From assembly GCF_006345805.1 (NCBI RefSeq), contig NC_043004.1:17422001-17486000 (forward strand): 64,000 bases of DNA. Direction: 5' to 3'. The DNA comes from Octopus sinensis (Eukaryota). Positions 55,544-64,000 of the stretch are shown here, in pieces. Under the pieces are notes generated by a model. That model was not told where the DNA came from. It saw nothing but the letters and a program-made list of their open reading frames with translations, and searched no databases. Position 1 is the stretch's first letter, and each line of letters opens with the position of its first letter. The position numbers and the translations under genes are program-made.

Positions 55544-56364
55544 GTAAGTGTAGTTCTTGTTTTAAACGAATGAAGAATACCTTTCTTCTTATTCGCTTAG
55601 TTAGCTGTCCTGCTTTCTAATCAACTGGAAAATTTCTTTGTACGTTACTCTGCAATTATGTGTGTGATATGCGCACACAGCAATGCGTACGTGTGTTTGC
55701 CTGCTTACAAAATAAACCGTTGATGCTTACGTGCTTACATACGTGTGCGCGTGTGTTGGAGGTCGTGTAAAAGTGCGTGCTTATGTACGTGTGTGTGTGT
55801 GTGTGTGTATACGCGCGTGTGTGTTTATGTGTCGGTGTGTGCATGTGTGTGAATTTATGCGTATATGTTTATGTACGAATGAATGCATGTGACTATGGTT
55901 GCGTGTGTGCCAGAGTTTTGTTATTCGGTTTATATTAGTTAGTTTGTATTTCTTCATATCTCTTGCTAAACGTAAGCAAATGTGCACGCCGCTTGTGTGC
56001 GTGTGCGTGCAATCGAAAACGTGTGTGCGTATTAGTGTATATGAATACGTGTATGTATATATATATATACACACACACATTCATACATACTTCTATACCA
56101 GTACGTATCTAAAAAAAGAAATAGATTCAGACGTGTGCGCGCACAAACTCACGCCCGCACACAAACGCGTGGGTATGTGTGTGTGTGTGTGTGGTGTGTG
56201 TGTATATATATTATATATATATATATCTATATATTATATATATATATATATATACATACATATATTATATATATATGTTACAGAGTAAGCGCATAAATTG
56301 TGAAACAAGGTGGAGAAAGGTGGTGCTCCAGCATGGCCACATCAATGACTGAAACAAAAAGAAT

Positions 56365-56398
<34 letters not shown>

Positions 56399-56706
56399 CC
56401 GCGTACACACACATATATGCATGCATACGTACATTTCTACTCTCACTCACACATATAACATGTGCGTTTATGTGTACACTGTATCTGCATCACAGGTGGC
56501 AAGAGTGTGTATGTGTGCTTACACATACGCATATATATATGTGTGGTGTATCTGAGACAGTGCGTGCGTGTGTGGTGTGAGTGTGTATGTCTGTGCGCGT
56601 ATATATATATCACACACACATATGTTTTTTGTCTACACCACCTGTCTTCGTCTTTTGTTTTTTTTTCGTGAATTCTCCGTATACACACACACACACACAT
56701 ACCTAT

Positions 56707-56769
<63 letters not shown>

Positions 56770-56884
56770 TTATTATTATTATTACAGCTGCAGACATTAC
56801 AGAGTGATTCAAGGAACGAGAGTTTGGTGTTTCTGCACTTATCAAATGAACACAAACGTACGCACACATGCTCTCTCTCTCTCT

Positions 56885-56948
<64 letters not shown>

Positions 56949-57095
56949 TGTATATGTATCTTTTAGTCCGTGAAGTATTGTTTTCAATTATGCATGTGTA
57001 TATAACTGCATACAGATAGTAACGGGCACGTTAAAGTGCAAATGTGAAGGCACATACAGTAAAGCGTGGATGAAATTGTATGCAAACGCTTCGAA

Positions 57096-57460
57096 GCACT
57101 CCGTCGGTTACGACGACGAGGGTTCCGGTTGATCCGAATCAACGGAACAGCCTGCTCGTGAAATTAACGTGTAAGTGGCTGGGCACTCCACAGACACGTG
57201 TACCCTTTACGTAGTTCTCGGGGATATTCAGCGTGACACAGAAAGTGACAAGGCCGGCCCTTTGAAATACAGGTACAACAGAAACATGAAGAAAGAGTGA
57301 GAGAAAGTTGTGGTGAAAGAGTACAGCAGAGATCACCACCATCCGCTGCCGGAGGCGCGTGGAGCTTTTTAGGTGTTTTCGCTCAATAAACACTCACAAC
57401 ACCCGGTCTGGGAATCGAAACCGCGATCCTATGACCGCGAGTCCGCTGCCCTAACCACTG
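57096..57460 (-). mobile_element. SINE family B copy
   Basis: Reverse complement of the family B pattern. Confidence 0.9.
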
Positions 57461-57791
57461 CGTGCATATGTATACATTGTAGAAAGGCCTGCATGATGTA
57501 TGTTTGCATGCAAGTGTATATATATATACATATATATAAATGTTCCTTACCGAGCTATGCCTGGCTCATAAGGGCCGGTTTCCCGGTTTCAGTGGCGTAG
57601 AAATTCCCCACCTGGACGGGACGCCAGTCCATCGCTGCATTACTCATTTTTGCTAGTTGAGTGGACTGGAGCAACGTGGAATGAAGTGTTTTGCATCACT
57701 CGGTCCAGGAATCGAAACCACAACCATACGATCATGTGTTCAACACCCTAACCACTAAGCCACGCGCCTCCATATATAAATATATATATAT

Positions 57792-58190
57792 AGGCGCAGG
57801 AGTGGCTGTGTGGTAAGTAGCTTGCTAACCAACCACATAGTTCCGGGTTCAGTCCCACTGCGTGGCATCTTGGGCAAGTGTCTTCTGCTATAGCCCCGGG
57901 CCGACCAATGCCTTCTGAGTGGATTTGGTAGACGGAAACTGAAGAAGCCCGTCGTATATATGTATATATATGTGTGTGTGTGTATGTGTCTGTGTGTCTG
58001 TGTTTGTCCCCCTAGCATTGCTTGACAACCGATGCTGGTGTGTTTACGTCCCCGTCACTTAGCGGTTCGGCAAAAAGAGATCGATAGAATAAGTACTAGG
58101 CTTACAAAGAATAAGTCCCGGCGTCGATTTGCTCGACTAAAGGCGGTGCTCCAGCATGGCCGCAGTCAAATGACTGAAACAAGTAAAGAG
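57792..58190 (+). mobile_element. SINE family A copy, within the putative opsin intron
   Basis: Full head GGCGCAGGAGTGGCTGTGTGG through tail ..GAAACAAGTAAAGAG. Confidence 0.9.
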
Positions 58191-58819
58191 TATATACACG
58201 AACTTCCTGGGATGAGAAAGAATATTGTTATTGGGAAAGTGAATGTGAAAGTAGAGTTAAGAGTTAAACGAATGTAACGATGTGTCTACCTGCTGTGTAC
58301 GTATGTGCTCTTTAAGCATGATGTGTGTGTGTTTACATCTTTAATTATTAGTGTTTGATGTGCACATGTCCATATATGTATTTGTATGTGTACACACGCA
58401 CACACACCACACACACACACACACACACATATACACATATACATACACACGCACAAACACAGACACACAGACACACTAGTACACATTCTTACATACGTTT
58501 GCATCAAAGCAAAGTGTTGTCGTAAATAAGTGCAGTGTGTGTGTGTGTTCACGTGTATGTGTTTTGGTCCTCTATGTTTGCCTATGTGTGTGCACAAATA
58601 TGCGTGTATATATATGTGTGTCATATATACATATATACGTTCTCGCGTTGTTGTGTTTTTTTGTGTGCTTTCAAGTTTGGATTAACTTTATATATGTATG
58701 TATGTATCTATCTATCTATCTATCTATCTGCCCGTCTGTCTGTCTTCTGTCTCTATCTATCTATCTATCTGTCTGTATGTCTGTCTGTCTGTCTGTCACT
58801 CTGTCTCTATCTATCTATC

Positions 58820-58959
<140 letters not shown>

Positions 58960-59194
58960 GTGGTTTGAGTTACTTTGTTATTGTGTTTATGATCGAATGC
59001 ATGTATCTAATTATATGTGTTTATTTACATATGAAACAATACTATCAAGTGAATAATTCACGTATATATAACTGCGATTGATAAGCCTGCGTATATATAT
59101 ATTTCTTTAGTACATCCGTCACATGCCTTTCTATATTTGACATCCATCATTTTGTAAACATGTGCATTTCTGTGTTGAATATTTATCTGTTTTT

Positions 59195-59790
59195 TAGGCG
59201 GCGAACTGGCAGAATTTTAGCACGCCGGGCGAAATACTTGGCGGTTCAAATTCCGCCGAGATCGACTTTGCCTTTCATCCTTTTGGGGTCGATAAATTAA
59301 GTACCAGTTACGCACTGGGGTCGATATAATTGACTTAATCCGTTTGTCTGTCCTTGTTCGTCCTCTCTGTGTTTAGCCCCTTGTGGGTAGTAAAGAAATA
59401 GGTATTTCATCTGCCGCTACGTTCTGAGTCCAAATTCCGCCGAGGTCGATTTTGCCTTCCATCCTTTCGTGGTCGATAAATTAAGTACCAGTTACGCACT
59501 GGGGTCAATGCAATCGACTTAATACCTTTGTCTGTCCTTGTTTGTCTCCTCTATGTTTAGCCCCTTGTGGGCAATAAAGAAATAAGACACGTTAGCACGC
59601 CAGGCGAAATGGTTATCGGTATTTCGCTTGTTTTTATGTTCTAGGTTCAAATTCCGCCGAGGTTGACTTTGCCTTTCATCTTTCCGGGGTCGGTAAATTA
59701 AGTACCAGTTCGCGTACTGGGGTCGATCTAATTGACTGGTCGCCTCCCCCAAAATTTCGGGTCTTGTGCCTAGAGTAGAAAAGAACGTAT
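59195..59790 (+). mobile_element. SINE family C, head plus tandem ~190-bp body repeats
   Basis: GGCGGCGAACTGGCAGAA.. head and three GCCTTTCATCCTTT.GGGGTCGATAAATTAAGTACCAG bodies. Related copies at about 9760-10005(-), 10335-10530(+), 21835-22050(-), 25565-25797(-), 47745-48440(-), 54905-55080. Confidence 0.85.
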
Positions 59791-59825
59791 ATCTGTTTCT
59801 AACTAAGTCTGTATGTTGGTAAACA

Positions 59826-59975
59826 TACGAGGGGTTCTGGTTTTAAGGTGACGCGAAAGACCTGGATGGAGGCCCAAACCTCCGAGTTTTTTTTTTTACA
59901 GGGCTTAGAAAAACTAAAGGACCACCGCAATAACCGTGTGAACCTGAGAGGGGAATATGCTGAATAAAATCAAAA
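59826..59975 (+). mobile_element. Short mariner-derived fragment
   Basis: TACGAGGG-type start followed by FFLQGLEKLKDH..VNLRGEYAE*, resembling a mariner C-terminus. Confidence 0.5.
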
Positions 59976-60581
59976 TCAACTGAATAAGTACGAACATAAG
60001 AACAGGGGGAGATTTGTTTGACTAAAAACTTCAGCCCGGTGCTCCAGCATGGCTACAATCCAACAAAACAAACAAGTAAAAGACAAAAGATGATATACAT
60101 CTACTTCGAACTTGCAATGTATATCTCGCTGTAAACATGTTTTTATATTACATATGTACACCGGCGAGTCAACAAACGTGTTTTAATTTTATGTGCGTAT
60201 ATGTTTAGAAACAAACGTGTGTACTTTTAATGTACACAAATGTGTGTTTGTGTTTTGTCTATTTAAAAAAAAATGTGTTTGTATTTTGTATATAAACCCC
60301 GAAAAACAAAAGCAGATACTGTATTTCTATTTTGTTATTCTGTTCGTATATCTATTCATGAAATAGTGTTTAAATTTTGATAGGATATTTATTTGTTTAT
60401 AAGTCTGAATGTTGAATGCATATCTAATGGTAAACATAAGTATTTCTATGTTGAACACACATACACAAACAAAATATACAAACACACATACATACACATA
60501 CACAAACACACACATATATCGGCCTGGTGTACCAGCACAACCTCAGCCCTGGGCTGAAACCAGTAAAAGATGATATATATA

Positions 60582-60614
<33 letters not shown>

Positions 60615-60626
60615 ATAATAATAATA

Positions 60627-60680
<54 letters not shown>

Positions 60681-60793
60681 GTGACAACAAAAGAATGAGA
60701 CCTCGATATTAGGTAAGTAGGGGATTATCTATATATGTATAGTTTAAGACAGTCAGTTGTCATAACAGTACTCGGAGTTTCAAATTATCGTCT

Positions 60794-60827
<34 letters not shown>

Positions 60828-60836
60828 GTAATAATT

Positions 60837-61172
60837 GTGAAGGTGCATGGCTAAGTGGTTAGAGCGTCAAGCTTACGATCGTGAGGTTGTGAGTTCGATT
60901 CCCGGACCGGGCTGCGTCTTGTGTTCTTGAGCAAAACACTTTATTTCACGTTGCTCCAGTACACTCAACTGTAGAAATGAGTTGCGATATCACTGGTGCC
61001 AAACGCATTGGCCTTTGCCATTCAATTGGATAACACTGGTGGCATGGAGAGGGGAGGCCGGTATGCATAGGCGACTGCTGGTCTTCCATGAAAACAACCT
61101 TGCCCGGACTTGTGCCTCAGAGGGTAACTTTGTAGGTGCAATCCCATGGTCATTCATGACCGAAGGGGATCT
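60837..61172 (+). mobile_element. SINE with a B2-type head and an unrelated tail
   Basis: GTGAAGGTGCATGGCTAAGTGGTTAGAGCG..GAGTTCGATTCCC..CTTGAGCAAAACACTTTATTTCAC, then a different 3' half ending CATTCATGACCGAAGGGG. Confidence 0.8.
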
Positions 61173-61364
61173 CCCCCTCCTCCTCTTCCTCCTCCAATTA
61201 ATGCATATACATGCATGTGTGCGTGTTTATGTGTATATGTATGTATGTATGGTTCTTGACTGATGACTGAGGGCTTCGAATGTCCCGTCCTGTGGTTCTT
61301 GTGTCGTCTCTGTGGTGTTTCGTGTTCTTGTCCATGTCTGTAATTATTTTTACTGTTTACCTAT

Positions 61365-61419
<55 letters not shown>

Positions 61420-61554
61420 TATATATGTAAACATTAATGTTATATATAAATTGAAGTATAAGAACGTTGAGGTATGCCCTCAAAGTTCTGGCGTTCTCTG
61501 TCTGCTCTGCACTGTAAATTTTTGTTTATAGATTCTTGATAAATACACAGCAAT

Positions 61555-61573
61555 GAGTGTATATATATATATA

Positions 61574-61632
<59 letters not shown>

Positions 61633-61822
61633 TATATATAGATATATATATATATATATATGTACACATATATATGCACATACATATACGTATATATGTG
61701 TAAGTATATATATATATATGTATACACATATATATGCACATACATATATGTATATATATGTAAGTATATATATATATATGTATACACATATATATGCACA
61801 TACATATATGTATATATATATG

Positions 61823-61853
<31 letters not shown>

Positions 61854-62317
61854 TATATATAATATATATATATATATATGTGTGTGTATAGATGTACATA
61901 TAAACTTCACTCAAGCATTTGTTTTTAATATTTTCGTCGCACCAACAGCGACCTGGTCGCTGATACGGCTCTAATGCACTTGTAGTGGAATCGTGTGAGT
62001 GATGTTAACCATTTTTGTGTGTTTTTTGAAATGCTAATATTTGTCTTCCCAACTGCAATCGTTTTAGTTTCAACACAATGTATCAAATGAAATCACTTGC
62101 CAAGCATATAATCTCCGATATATATAAACAAAAACATGATAATTTGGTACATTCTTGATATACTTTGCAAACATGCTTCAACAGGACGTTCAAGTAGTAT
62201 GTATGCATTTGTCTTTCAAAATAAACCATCTGCATACTTATGCTGAGTACTGGAATGTGTTGGTGTGTTTTATGCTTGAGAGAACAGCTAGAATTATTAC
62301 ACCCCCACACATGTATG

Positions 62318-62363
<46 letters not shown>

Positions 62364-62620
62364 ATATATATATATATATATAATATATATATGTATGTGT
62401 ATATATATGTGTATATATATATATATATATGTGTGTGTATATATATATATATATATGTGTATATAATATATATGTATGTATATATATATATGTATGTGTA
62501 TATATGTATGTATGTATATATAATATATGTATGTGTATATATATATATATGTATATATATATGATATATATATATGTATATATATATGTGTATATATATA
62601 TATGTATATATATATATATG

Positions 62621-62679
<59 letters not shown>

Positions 62680-62710
62680 TATATATATATATGTATGTAT
62701 ATATATGTAT
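61555..62710. repeat. Two long (TA)n-rich compound tracts (61555-61890, 62315-62710)
   Basis: Direct reading. 61660-61810 shows a ~60-bp higher-order period. Another long (TA)n tract at 36605-36895. Confidence 0.95.
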
Positions 62711-62711
62711 A

Positions 62712-64000
62712 CTTTGATACTTTGATAGGTTTCGGCCATTATTGGCCCAGGCCATGTCTAACTTAATAGCACCACCTGGTGAAATCTTTCAAGTCAGAAT
62801 TTGGGCACTATGGCCCACTCAAGTAGAGAGTTATTGTTTACAGAGACATATCCGGGTGTAGGGGGTTTATCCAGAATTTCTTGAAGGAATCTGTCCAAAG
62901 ACTTCTTGAACCCTATAGGGTCTGTTTCTGTTTTAATGTGTTTTGGTGTAATGTTAAAGAGAGCAGGGCCAATTGAGGTGAAATAATTGTTATGAGATGA
63001 GAGTGCGATTTTTGTTGTGGGTGGATGGCACGGGGCCCAAGCCTTGGATGTACCTAAAGGTGATGCCAACATCATTTGGGCAATGCTGATGGAATATTTT
63101 CCACTCATGCAGATGCATGATGTAGCGCTCACGGCGACGTTGGAGAGAATAAAGTTTTAGCTTTTCTAGTCGACCCCAATAGTCGAGGCCTGTCATGCCA
63201 TCTATCTTTCTTGTGATTGACCTTTGAGGTGCTTCAACTTTTATGCTATTTGTTTTTGTGTGGGGAGACCACAGTGGACAACAGTATTCAAGGTGGGGTC
63301 GGGCAAAAGTGGAGAAGAGAAGGATAATGGTGTGGATATCTCTCGACTGGAAAGTTCTGAGAATCCAGGAACACATTCTGCGGGCCATGTCAACTTTGGT
63401 GTTTATATGAGTGGCCCAGCTTATGTTGTTGTCCACAATTACTCCCAAGTCTCTGATGTTGTTGGATGCCACGAGTGTTTCACCTGAAAGAAGGGAGTAT
63501 GGGAGTTTCAGGGGATCCACTTTTCCAAAGTGGATTAACTCGAATTTATGCTCGTTCAGCAGCATATTGTTCTTTTCTGCCCATTGGATAACAGCCAGTA
63601 GATCTGACTGAAGGCATGTCCGGTCACTCGCCTCATTTACGACCTTCTGGAGCTTGGAATCATCTGCAAAGATTTTTATGTTGCTGTGCTTGATGATGTC
63701 ATTAATGTCATTAATGTAGATGATGAAAAGAAGTGGGCCCAGCACAGTGCCTTGCGGAACGCCACTACTGACTTTGGCTGGGCTTGATTTTACTCCTTCA
63801 ACTACAACATGTTGAGATCTGTCTGTCAGGAAATACTTGATCCATTTCAGTAACTTTCCAGAGACACCAATGTTGGATAGTTTTTTCAATAGGATCTTGT
63901 GATCAACCCTGTCGAAGGCCTTGCTGAAATCAAGGTAGATGACATCGGTGTTGGAGCCCTCTCCCAAAGCTCTCAAAATGTCATCAAAGTGATGCAGGAG
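62712..64000 (-). mobile_element. CR1/Jockey-group LINE, 3' part of RT ORF2, running off the window end
   Basis: ORF 62990-63976 has the RT motifs YLDFSKAFDRVDH, GVPQGTVLGPLLFIIYIND, FADD, DLGV and RPHLEYCCPLWSP. The C-terminus continues in ORF 62794-63132 after a frameshift near 63130. The 3' end carries an ATCAAAGT doublet next to a TA-rich tract. Confidence 0.92.

Overview
AT-rich, microsatellite-dense animal genomic DNA. The repeat families, especially the tRNA-derived SINEs with internal microsatellites, point to a cephalopod, most likely Octopus (inference; no database search was run). Almost all long ORFs in the supplied track are artefacts of (TA)n, (ATT)n, (TATC)n and (TG)n repeats. 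One convincing host exon was found: a 103-nt first coding exon at 55441-55543 (+), MENVSEISSANSSNMEYVWTARESYVVGGYFIITG, with the hallmarks of an opsin-like GPCR N-terminus (peropsin/group-4 type); its intron runs out of the window. The rest is transposon landscape: three to four modular SINE families, R4/Dong-like RLE retroelements, CR1/Jockey-group LINEs, mariner and maT relics, and hAT and piggyBac MITEs. Two features stand out. (1) The 34-43.6 kb block is packed with fold-back palindromes, including one with ~830-bp near-perfect arms, around a Penelope-like element relic; about nine hammerhead-ribozyme motifs occur in the window, most of them in this block. (2) Two (TAA)n tracts act as landing pads, each stacking several different R4/Dong-like 3' ends plus an uncharacterised ~560-bp non-coding retroposon, all in the same orientation. 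Repeat boundaries were placed by eye and are approximate unless TSDs or TIRs are quoted.
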